A DNA stretch of 64,000 bases, from positions 11-64,010 of the forward strand of contig CALEYG010000022.1 of the NCBI GenBank assembly GCA_937924975.1, in the 5' to 3' direction. Below, piece by piece: positions 44,144 to 51,821 of this stretch (position 1 is its first letter; each line of letters begins with the position of its first letter). Under the pieces are notes generated by a model. The model ran no database searches. It had not been told where the DNA came from and saw nothing but the letters and a program-made list of their open reading frames with translations. Position numbers and translations under genes: made by a program. The stretch comes from an uncultured Stomatobaculum sp. GTDB taxonomy: Bacteria; Bacillota; Clostridia; Lachnospirales; Lachnospiraceae.

Positions 44144-45904
44144 TCAGAGTGCGCCGATAAACTTCGAAATTCCCTGCTGCGGCGTCGTGCCGTCCAGCAG
44201 TTCATCGTCTATGTTCTCTTCCTCCCCGGTCGGCAGCGCCGCGGTGCCGGTCTTCGTGGCCTTCAGGGTGAAACTGCCGAGCTCGTTCTTCAACTCATAG
44301 AGCGAGTTTGCGCCCTCGTTTCGCACCTCGAATTTGATGCCGTCTCCGTCCTCATCGCCGCCCGGCAGCAGGCGGTATTTCCCGCAGGGCAGACCGAGCA
44401 CACTCTTTTTCTTAAAGTCCACATTGCTGTACTTGAGCGCAAAACTCTCGGTGCGGAACCACCAGCTGAAGCGGCAGGCGACGGTGCCGTAATAGCCGCT
44501 CTTCTCGAGATCCCGCTTTTCCGTGAGCACCGAGTCAAACACTTTGACCCCGCGGTACAGCTTGCCCTTGTCCGTATCCCGCTCATAGCAGAAGATCTGC
44601 GTGTCGCCGCCGTCCAGCTGGAGGAGAATCGCACGGACTTCACTCCCCTCCGTCACGAGTTTCCAGGTGAACTTGCGGTCTTCCAGGCGGTTCGCGTAGG
44701 TCTCCGCATTGTCCCGTAGCCTGTCTGCGAGATCTTCAAACCTGACGCTCCGTCCCGGGTGCTGACCGCTCGCCTTCGCAAACTGCTCGCCGATTTCCTG
44801 CCGTCTGTCATACCAGGCAGCGAGCGCCCTGTCCTTCTCCATTTCATCCGCAATGTTCCGGAACAGCCGCTCGAGCTCCTCGGCATTCGGCTCCCAGCTG
44901 TAAATCGTATAGTCCTTCTCAAGCGAATGCTTTAACTCGGGCTTTAAGACGCGCGAGCGGTAGCTCCGCTTCTCGGTCTTCAGATTGTTGCGGTTGATGG
45001 CCGCCGCCACAATTTTTCCGTAGCGCTTCACCGTAGCGGCGCGGAGCTCCTTCGAAAACTGTAAGTCCGCAAACATAGAGGTGCTGAGCCGCGACTCGCT
45101 GCCGAGCTCCTGTAATACCTCCGGATACCGCGTCACATAGACCTTGTCGCTCTTTTGCGGAAGGCGGAAACCGAGGCGATCCGGATCGATGAAGCAGTCC
45201 GCCTGCAGCACCGGGTCATCCCCGCGCCCGAGCTCCAGGTTTAAGACAGCCTTTTCAAATTTCTTGCCGATAAAAATGCGCGCCTCGCTGCCGTCCCGCA
45301 AGATGCGCTCGTACGGCCCCGAGAAGAGCCCGCGCCGCGTGAGCGCTGTCACCTGTCTATCCGAGAGCTCTGTCGTGAGCTGAAAATCGCTTGAGAAACC
45401 GTTCTCAAAGACTTGCTCCGCGCTGCTTAGTACCGCGGCCTCCTTGGAAAGTGCCCGGAACTGTCCGGCGAGAAAGCGCTCCCCGGGCGATCCGAGATTT
45501 TTCGACACGGTGCGCGCGCCGAAACCGATCGCCAGTCCCAGCACGGCGAGGGCGATGAGCGCGGCGGAACCGATTTTTTTCTTCTTTCCCGCACTGCCTT
45601 CCGCTGCCGCATCCTCCGCGGTTTCTGCGCCCGAAGTCCTGTCTTCCGCGGCAGGGCCCGCCGCGTCCTTGTGCTCCGCCGCGTCCTCTTTCTCCGCCGC
45701 AGCCTCGCTCACAATCGGCTCTTTCGGCGTCGGCTCCTCTCTCACGATGGGCTCCGCCACCTCTTCATGTTCCGCCTCTTTCGTTTCTGCCGCCGCTTCT
45801 TCCGCGGTTCCTCTGGGCTTCTCTTCCTCGAGTCTCGCGCCGCAGTTCGCGCAAAAGAGCTCGCCTTCCCCCGTTTCGCTGCCGCAATGCTTGCATTTGC
45901 CCAT
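44144..45904 (-). CDS. Zinc-ribbon-anchored single-pass membrane protein, unknown ~430-aa ectodomain (paralog A)
   Basis: ATG 45904 ('MGKCKHCGSETGEGELFCANCG') with a GGGGGAAG RBS. Acidic linker, TM 'AALIALAVLGLAIGF', then an ectodomain colinear with paralog B. Confidence 0.75.
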   Translation of the reverse strand: MGKCKHCGSETGEGELFCANCGARLEEEKPRGTAEEAAAETKEAEHEEVAEPIVREEPTPKEPIVSEAAAEKEDAAEHKDAAGPAAEDRTSGAETAEDAAAEGSAGKKKKIGSAALIALAVLGLAIGFGARTVSKNLGSPGERFLAGQFRALSKEAAVLSSAEQVFENGFSSDFQLTTELSDRQVTALTRRGLFSGPYERILRDGSEARIFIGKKFEKAVLNLELGRGDDPVLQADCFIDPDRLGFRLPQKSDKVYVTRYPEVLQELGSESRLSTSMFADLQFSKELRAATVKRYGKIVAAAINRNNLKTEKRSYRSRVLKPELKHSLEKDYTIYSWEPNAEELERLFRNIADEMEKDRALAAWYDRRQEIGEQFAKASGQHPGRSVRFEDLADRLRDNAETYANRLEDRKFTWKLVTEGSEVRAILLQLDGGDTQIFCYERDTDKGKLYRGVKVFDSVLTEKRDLEKSGYYGTVACRFSWWFRTESFALKYSNVDFKKKSVLGLPCGKYRLLPGGDEDGDGIKFEVRNEGANSLYELKNELGSFTLKATKTGTAALPTGEEENIDDELLDGTTPQQGISKFIGAL

Positions 45905-45954
45905 GGTCACTTCCCCCTTTTTCAATCCGAGACCGTGTGTTCCCCCGTTGCGTG

Positions 45955-45989
45955 CAAAAAGGCGCCTGTGTCCAAACGACACAGACGCC
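45955..45989 (-). terminator. Terminator-like hairpin in the conserved leader of paralog A
   Basis: Minus strand GGCGUCUGUGUC-guuug-GACACAGGCGCC followed by UUUUU. It lies 51 nt upstream of ATG 45904. Confidence 0.6.
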
Positions 45990-46031
45990 TTGCGCAAAAT
46001 CTCTGGCAATGTTGTCAGGACTTTCCTTTTT

Positions 46032-46060
46032 ATCTTAACATTTGTTGTGCTAAACCGCAA
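46032..46060 (-). promoter_or_regulatory. Candidate promoter of the paralog A leader (TTGCGG-17-TAAGAT, TGt-extended)
   Basis: It occupies a position colinear with the paralog B element (offset 2232 nt). Motif-only call. Confidence 0.4.
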
Positions 46061-46172
46061 TCTTTCCGGCTCTTTCGAGCCTTTCCTCTCTGATATTCCG
46101 ACAATTTTTGCCACCTCTCCGGAACATCTCTCCGGAAAAGTTTGCCAGCTTGCTTCGTGTTTCCTTTTCCGC

Positions 46173-48125
46173 TCAGAGCTTCTCGATGATGTCCGAAAAC
46201 TTCTCCTGCGGCAGACTCTTGCCGCTGCCCGACAACTCGTCGCTGATATCCACTTCCCGGCCCGTCGGCTTCTCGGCGCTACCCTTCCGCGTCGCCGTCA
46301 GCGTGAACTTGTCGTAGCCGTCGTCAAGCTCGTAGACAGAGCGACCCCACTTCTCCTTGACCTCAAAGGTATACTTCCGGTCCGGCCGGTCCGCGTCAAA
46401 GTAGGTGTAGCGATAACTACCGTTCGGCAATCCGAGCACCGAAGGCTTTCCGTCAAGCGGCACCTTACTGTAGTACAGCCGGAAGCCCCAGAGCCAGGCG
46501 TCGCCGAACATCGCGAGGCGCCCGATGGCCCGCCCCTCATAGCTATTCTCTTTTTTGCTGCGCTCTTCGGCGAAGGTACCGAGAAACAATTCACCGCCGA
46601 CGCCGTGGTAGAGCGTGTCGCCGACCTGATCCCGCTCGTAGCAAAAGAGCGGTCTCTCGCCGTTGTCGACCACGCGTATGGCCGCGACTTCCTTCCCCTT
46701 CATCACAAGCTTCCAGCGCAGGTTCCGCTTTTCCAGTGTCTCCGCCCAATCCGCAGCGTGTTTCTCGACATAGTCGGCGACATCCGAAAAGTGGGCCGCC
46801 CTGCCCCGTCCCATGCCGAGTGCCGTGGCAAGCTCTTCGCCCGCCTCCTGCCGTTTGTTATACCAGTCGGCAAAGTCCTTATCCTTCCGCATCTCGACCG
46901 CGAGATTCCGAAAGAGTGCCTCCAGAGTCTCCTGATCGGGATTCCAGGTGTAGACCGTATACTCCCCCTTCATCTCGTGGTCCAGCTGACGCTTCAGAAC
47001 ATGGGAGGTATACGCCCGCTTTTTAACTTTGATCTCCTTCGGTTTGACAGCGGCCGCGAGCACATTCCCGTAACGCGCCGCGGACGCGGAGAGCAGCTCC
47101 TTCGACGGCACCAGCCCGGCGAGCGCCGCCGTGCTGAAGCGCGCCCCGCCGCTGTACTGCCCAAGCACTTCCGGGTAGTTCAGAACAAAGACCTGCTTGC
47201 CGACCTGCGGAATCCGGTAGCCGAACTTCTCGCTGTCCAGAAAGCAGTCAAAATTGAGTTTCGCGCTATCGTCGGTGCCAAACTCCAGGTTCAGCACGGC
47301 GGTCTCCAGATGTCTCCCGAGGTCCACCTTGGCCTGAATGCCGCGCTGCAGAGCCTTTGCGACCAGCATATAGTCCTCATTGCCGCTCCGCGAGATTGCG
47401 AGCAGTCTGCTGCGCGACATCTGCATGCTGAGCACAAAGTCGCTCGAGAAACCGTTCTCAAAGACCGCGCCGAGTCCCTCGAACGGCACAGCCTCCTGCC
47501 GCAGCGCTTCCGCCTGCACGCGGACAAAGCGTTCCCCCGTCATGGCCGTCATACGGTGCAGTAGCACAGCCGCGCCGACCGCCGCAACCGCGACCGCCGC
47601 GGCGGCAAAAAGAGCCGCCCGCAGACGGCCCGGTTTCCGCTTCGCGGTCTCGCCGGGCGCTTCCTGTCCCGCTGCCGTGCTCTCTTCGACAGGCATCACA
47701 GCATTCTCTTCGGTCGCCGTCGCGACACTCTCTTCGGAAACCTCTCCGACCGCTCTGCCTGACGCCGGATGCATAGCTTCGCCGGGCGCTTCCCGTTCTT
47801 CTGTCCCGCTCTCTTTGACAGCCGTCGGAGCATTCTCTCCGGTAGCTGTCGCCACAGATTCTCCGGTAGTCTCTGCCGCAGGTCTTGGTACTGCCGGATA
47901 CACAGCCTCGTCGGGCGCTTCCTGTCCTTCTGTCCCGCTTTCTCCGGCAGTCGCTGCCGCATTTTCTTCGACAAACATCACAGCATTCTCTTCGGCCGCC
48001 GTCGCGGCACTCTCTTCGGAAACCTCTCCGATTGCTTCCGCCGCCGCTTCCTGCGGCGCGCCGCAGTTGCCGCAAAAGCGCATGCCTGCCTTCACCTCAC
48101 TGCCACAATGCTTGCACTGTCCCAT
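46173..48125 (-). CDS. Zinc-ribbon-anchored single-pass membrane protein, unknown ectodomain (paralog B)
   Basis: 'MGQCKHCGSEVKAGMRFCGNCG', a long acidic repeat linker and TM 'AALFAAAAVAVAAVGAAVLL'. The ectodomain shares blocks with paralog A ('VFENGFSSDF', 'AVLNLE(L/F)G', 'YPEVL', 'LFCYERD', 'SVLGLP'). Confidence 0.75.
   Translation of the reverse strand: MGQCKHCGSEVKAGMRFCGNCGAPQEAAAEAIGEVSEESAATAAEENAVMFVEENAAATAGESGTEGQEAPDEAVYPAVPRPAAETTGESVATATGENAPTAVKESGTEEREAPGEAMHPASGRAVGEVSEESVATATEENAVMPVEESTAAGQEAPGETAKRKPGRLRAALFAAAAVAVAAVGAAVLLHRMTAMTGERFVRVQAEALRQEAVPFEGLGAVFENGFSSDFVLSMQMSRSRLLAISRSGNEDYMLVAKALQRGIQAKVDLGRHLETAVLNLEFGTDDSAKLNFDCFLDSEKFGYRIPQVGKQVFVLNYPEVLGQYSGGARFSTAALAGLVPSKELLSASAARYGNVLAAAVKPKEIKVKKRAYTSHVLKRQLDHEMKGEYTVYTWNPDQETLEALFRNLAVEMRKDKDFADWYNKRQEAGEELATALGMGRGRAAHFSDVADYVEKHAADWAETLEKRNLRWKLVMKGKEVAAIRVVDNGERPLFCYERDQVGDTLYHGVGGELFLGTFAEERSKKENSYEGRAIGRLAMFGDAWLWGFRLYYSKVPLDGKPSVLGLPNGSYRYTYFDADRPDRKYTFEVKEKWGRSVYELDDGYDKFTLTATRKGSAEKPTGREVDISDELSGSGKSLPQEKFSDIIEKL
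47650..48040. repeat. Three ~130-bp tandem coding repeats in the acidic linker of paralog B
   Basis: 'catcacagcattctcttcgg(t/c)cgccgtcgcg(a/g)cactctcttcggaaacctctccga' occurs at 47694 and 47976, with a more diverged copy between them. At protein level, 'GEVSEES(A/V)ATA.EENAVM.VEE' recurs. Confidence 0.8.
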
Positions 48126-48188
48126 CCCTGCGCCTCCTTATTTTCGCGTTGCACGCATGTTCTACCTGTCTCCGGCAATTCTGTAACG

Positions 48189-48222
48189 CAAAAAGCGCCT
48201 GTGTCCGAACGACACAGGCGCC
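48189..48222 (-). terminator. Terminator-like hairpin in the conserved leader of paralog B (also downstream of the Na/Pi gene)
   Basis: Minus strand GCGCCUGUGUC-guucg-GACACAGGCGC followed by UUUUUG. It lies 64 nt upstream of ATG 48125. Confidence 0.6.
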
Positions 48223-48263
48223 ACTTTCAAAAGCTCCGGCAATTCTGTCAGGACTCTGTTGCT

Positions 48264-48292
48264 ATCCTAACATTTGTTTTGTTAATTTTCAA
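48264..48292 (-). promoter_or_regulatory. Candidate promoter of the paralog B leader (TTGAAA-17-TAGGAT, TGt-extended)
   Basis: Minus strand: TTGAAA (48292-48287), a 17-nt spacer, then TAGGAT (48269-48264). Motif-only call. Confidence 0.4.
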
Positions 48293-48322
48293 TAATTTAG
48301 GAAGTCAGGCCTTTTGTTAAAT

Positions 48323-49987
48323 TTAAATTTCATTCATGATGTACTCCGCCATGTTTTGTGCATGGTCGGAGATACGCTCCAGATTGTCGATAATCTCAAT
48401 AAAGACCAGACCTGCCTCCGGCTTGCACTCGCCCCGCGAGAGGCGGTCCATGTGACGCTCCTTCTGCTCATCGCGCAGCGAGTCCACAAGATCCTCGCAA
48501 GCGCTCACTTTTCTCGCGCTGGTCACACTCCGCTCTTCCCGCGCCTTGACCGCGCAGCGGAAGGCTTCCTGCACGGCGTCCGTCATATCGCGGAGATCCT
48601 TCTTGCCGGTCTCCGAGAGCGTGAGCTGACGCGTCATCAGGAGCTGCACTTCCTTGGCGACATTTTCCGCGTGATCGCCCGAGCGCTCCAGATCCGTCAG
48701 CGTATTGAAGAGATCCGTGACGACCAGGCGCTGGTGGTCGTTGACCGGCAGCGTGTTCGCCTTGATTAAATACTCCGAGAGCTCGCGGTTCATCGCATTA
48801 ATTTTCTTCTCGGTCTCGAAAATTTCGGCGATGACCGCCTCATCCTGCGTAAAGCAGACCTCGCAGGCGCGCTCCACATTGCGGAGCGTGAGCTTGCCCA
48901 TGGTCGCGACCGCATTCGAGAGCGCCGCGACCGCAATCGCCGGCTGCTCAAAGATACGCGGATCCAGGCGGGTCACAAACTCTTCTTCCTTCTTCTCGCC
49001 CGTGAGCAGCGCCTGCTTCTCCGGCACCAGCATGCCCGAGAGCTTGACCAGCTGCTCGCCGAACGGGAACAGCAAAATGGTCATGGTCAGCTTAAAGCCC
49101 GTGTGGAACACGGAAATCTGCACGGGGCTGATGTGATAGTGCGCGAGTGTCGGCTTCAGCGCAAAGAGCACAATGCTGATGACCGTAAAGAGCAGCGCAC
49201 CTATCATGTTGAACGAGAGGTGCATGACCGCCGCACGCCGCGCATCGCGCGAGCCGCCGATCGACGAGAGCATGGCGGTCACGCAGGAGCCGATGTTCTC
49301 ACCGAGGGTGATGAAAATCGCGGCATTTGTCATAATCAGGCCGTTGCCGGCGAGCATCTGCAAAATACCGACCGAGACCGAAGAACTCTGTAAGAGCGCC
49401 GTGACGACCGCACCGGCGAGCATGCCGAGAAACGGATTCGAGCCGAGCGTCGTGAACACTGTCGCAAAAATCGGCGCGTCGGTGTAAGGCGCGACCGACT
49501 CCGACATGAACTTGAGACCCTGGAACAGAAGACCGAAACCGATGATAATCTCCGCGCGGTTCTTCTTGGTGTCGGACTTCGAGAACATGATGATGCCCGC
49601 GCCGATGCCGATTAAGACCGGTGCGTAGAACTCCGGGTTCAAAAACTTCATCGAGTCGCCGATCTGGCTCAGCGAGACAATCCATGCGGTCACCGTGGTA
49701 CCGATGTTTGCGCCCATGATGACGCCGACCGCCTGGCTCAGTGTCATGAGACCGGCGCTCACGAAACCGACGACCATGACCGTGGTCGCGCCCGAACTCT
49801 GGATGATACCGGTGATCAGGGTTCCGACCAGCACGGCTTTCAGCCGGTTCGAAGTCAGCATCCCCAGGAAGTCCTTCATCTTACTGCCGACAGACTTTTG
49901 TGTTCCTTCCGCCATGACATGCATGCCGTAGAGGAACATTCCGAGTCCTCCGATAAAGAGAAACAGATTTGTAATATTGTCGAGCAT
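48323..49987 (-). CDS. Na+/phosphate cotransporter family protein with C-terminal PhoU-like repeats
   Basis: N-terminal polytopic NptA-type region ('GGLGMFLYGM', 'GATTVMVVGF', 'LQSSSVSVGILQ'). C-terminal helical region with duplicated 'ERSGDHAENV' / 'ERISDHAQNM' PhoU-type motifs. Confidence 0.8.
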   Translation of the reverse strand: MLDNITNLFLFIGGLGMFLYGMHVMAEGTQKSVGSKMKDFLGMLTSNRLKAVLVGTLITGIIQSSGATTVMVVGFVSAGLMTLSQAVGVIMGANIGTTVTAWIVSLSQIGDSMKFLNPEFYAPVLIGIGAGIIMFSKSDTKKNRAEIIIGFGLLFQGLKFMSESVAPYTDAPIFATVFTTLGSNPFLGMLAGAVVTALLQSSSVSVGILQMLAGNGLIMTNAAIFITLGENIGSCVTAMLSSIGGSRDARRAAVMHLSFNMIGALLFTVISIVLFALKPTLAHYHISPVQISVFHTGFKLTMTILLFPFGEQLVKLSGMLVPEKQALLTGEKKEEEFVTRLDPRIFEQPAIAVAALSNAVATMGKLTLRNVERACEVCFTQDEAVIAEIFETEKKINAMNRELSEYLIKANTLPVNDHQRLVVTDLFNTLTDLERSGDHAENVAKEVQLLMTRQLTLSETGKKDLRDMTDAVQEAFRCAVKAREERSVTSARKVSACEDLVDSLRDEQKERHMDRLSRGECKPEAGLVFIEIIDNLERISDHAQNMAEYIMNEI

Positions 49988-50120
49988 AGCCCCCCCGCAG
50001 GTCAGACGACCCGCCTCGTTTCGCGGTTACCCGCCCAGTGTAGCATAGCCCCGTTTTCCTGTGCAAGTTCACAAAAAAACGGTTTTTTGATTCCTATCCC
50101 GCGGTCTTCCGTCTCTTTTT

Positions 50121-50597
50121 TCAGACTGCTGAGGAGAGCGGTTTCCCGTTCAGTGTCGCCGCAATCAGGCTATCGCCTTCATAGCAGAGTTTCAGCGAAA
50201 AGAAGGGAAGATTCTGCTGTAAGAGCGGCAGGAAAATGCGGTCGCCCGCCCAGAGCGGGAGTCCCAAAACCTCCTCCTTCGGAATCCAGGCGGAAATGCC
50301 CTCGTCGGTGTCGTGATAGTCGCCGGTGAACCCGTCCGCCGTAAAGAGGTGCATGTGTTCCGCCTCATAGCGGTCCGAAACAAAGGTCACGAGCCCCGCG
50401 TAGCGATAGTTCGTGAGCCGGTAGCCGGTCTCCTCAAAGACCTCCCGAATCACACAGTCCTCCGGGCTCTCACCCTCCAGGAACTTACCGCCGACACCCA
50501 CATACTTGCCCTCGTTGATGTCATTTTTCTTGGTCACGCGGTGCAGCATGAGCCATTTCCCGTCGCGCTCCAGATAGCAAAGCGTCGTACTGTACAT
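50121..50597 (-). CDS. NUDIX hydrolase (MutT-like)
   Basis: Nudix box 'GGKFLEGESPEDCVIREVFEETG'. Confidence 0.85.
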   Translation of the reverse strand: MYSTTLCYLERDGKWLMLHRVTKKNDINEGKYVGVGGKFLEGESPEDCVIREVFEETGYRLTNYRYAGLVTFVSDRYEAEHMHLFTADGFTGDYHDTDEGISAWIPKEEVLGLPLWAGDRIFLPLLQQNLPFFSLKLCYEGDSLIAATLNGKPLSSAV

Positions 50598-50602
50598 GGC
50601 GC

Positions 50603-51025
50603 TCAGTCTTCCTGTACTTTCTCTTTGAACTCCCGGACAGCCGCCTCGCGGTAAATCTTCCGGCCGCGCTCGGAGAGCCGCACAAAGGTGATGTTGTCGC
50701 GGAGCTCCAGAACAATCGCATCGAAGGCGTCTAAGTACTTATAGACCGCCTCGTTGTCCATGCGCACCTTGCCGTCCACATAGGCGCGCTCCAGACCGCT
50801 GTTCTCGTGCTGACGGATAAAGCGCCGCGAAACGCGATTCCTGAGTTCGTCAAAGAGCCAGTCCAGGGTTTTTACCGTCGGGGCGATGTAGCCGAGCAGA
50901 TTCACCGCCTCGATCATGCGGAGCGGCGCTTCTTCCTCGTGCTCCCGCTTGTCCTCATCCATCCAGAAGAGCTTAATCGGCATCTCCCGCTCAAACATTC
51001 CGACAATCTCTGCGATATCTCCCAT
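50603..51025 (-). CDS. Hypothetical cytoplasmic protein (140 aa)
   Basis: ATG 51025 ('MGDIAEIVGMF') is preceded by GGAGAG. No recognised domain. The longer ORF to 51145 has an implausible N-terminus. Confidence 0.5.
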   Translation of the reverse strand: MGDIAEIVGMFEREMPIKLFWMDEDKREHEEEAPLRMIEAVNLLGYIAPTVKTLDWLFDELRNRVSRRFIRQHENSGLERAYVDGKVRMDNEAVYKYLDAFDAIVLELRDNITFVRLSERGRKIYREAAVREFKEKVQED

Positions 51026-51161
51026 CTTCTCTCCTCTGCGCCGCGCGCACCGGTATGTTTTGACTGGTATCGCCGTCATTGTAACACGCCGCTCCCGGCT
51101 TTCCAAGGGACGAGACAGAGACAGGCTCGCGGAAGAAACCCGCACGACTTATCCGGAACGA

Positions 51162-51199
51162 CAAAAAAGAGCTGTAGAGAACTTCTTCTCTACAGCTCT
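51162..51199 (-). terminator. Intrinsic terminator after tRNA-Ser
   Basis: Minus strand AGAGCUGUAGAGAA-gaag-UUCUCUACAGCUCU followed by UUUUUGU (14-bp perfect stem). Confidence 0.85.
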
Positions 51200-51207
51200 T
51201 TGCTTCG

Positions 51208-51295
51208 CGGAGAGCATGGGATTCGAACCCACGCACCGGTCACCCGGCCTAACGCATTTCGAGTGCGCCCCCTTGAACCGCTTGGGTAACTCTCC
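51208..51295 (-). tRNA. tRNA-Ser (anticodon CGA)
   Basis: Hand-folded. Acceptor GGAGAGU/GCUCUCC, anticodon arm GCGCA-CUCGAAA-UGCGU, long variable arm and T-loop GGGUUCGAAUCCC. 88 nt; CCA is not encoded. Confidence 0.9.
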
Positions 51296-51353
51296 GAATA
51301 CCCAAAAAGTATAGCAGAGCTTTCCGGCTTTGTCACGCAAAATTTTGCATTTC

Positions 51354-51821
51354 TCAGTGCGGTGCGACGCCGATCTCCGCGCTCTCATATTCCGTCTGTA
51401 CCTCGGCGCCCGGCGCGCTGTGGTCTGCCGTCTCAAAGTCCTCCGCCGCGCCGTAGACGATTTTCCCGTTCCGGTCAAAGCGGAGCCAGCGCACATTGAT
51501 CGCGGTGCAGCGCAGCGCTTCGCCCCGCTTTATCTTGCCCGCGACGGTTCCGTCCGTGCCGGGGCGGTCGCGGAGTTCGCTCTCCTCTGCCTTGCAGTAG
51601 ACAATCTGATTGCTGCCGCTGAAGCGGTAGCCGTTTACAATGTCCTCCGGGCGCGCTTCCACGGTTCCCGTAGCAGCCGCGCTCTCACTGCTGCCATGCA
51701 GTTCCATCACGGAACTGCTCTCCGCAAGACTTATGGTCACCTGCTTCTTTTTGCCGCAGGCCGTGAACATCGCAAGTGCAAGCGGCAATGCGAGCATCGC
51801 CGCAATTCTTCTACCTCTCAA
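51354..51821 (-). CDS. Lipoprotein with SH3b-like domain
   Basis: I chose TTG 51821, with GAGGAGG 5 nt upstream. This gives 'M(L)RGRRIAAMLALPLALAMFTAC' (lipobox). The C-terminal 'YCKAEESELRDRPGTDGTVAGKIKRGEAL' is SH3_3-like. Confidence 0.6.
   Translation of the reverse strand: MRGRRIAAMLALPLALAMFTACGKKKQVTISLAESSSVMELHGSSESAAATGTVEARPEDIVNGYRFSGSNQIVYCKAEESELRDRPGTDGTVAGKIKRGEALRCTAINVRWLRFDRNGKIVYGAAEDFETADHSAPGAEVQTEYESAEIGVAPH

Noticed and set aside
45444-47564. 706-aa plus-strand ORF. Similar very long plus-strand ORFs lie at 41862-43508 (548 aa), 29602-31143 (513 aa), 35462-36862 (466 aa), 61299-62582 (427 aa) and 40575-41813 (412 aa).
   Set aside because: Each lies entirely antisense to a minus-strand gene with clear family motifs (zinc-ribbon proteins, ComEC/GerMN, MFP, UvrB, GAPDH). 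The translations are Arg/Ala/Leu/Pro-rich with no motifs. Long stop-free antisense frames are expected at this GC content.
50073-50088. A/T palindrome aaaaaacggtttttt downstream of the NUDIX gene, considered as a terminator.
   Set aside because: The stem is almost pure A-U and too weak for an intrinsic terminator. I found no GC-rich hairpin nearby, so I did not call it.
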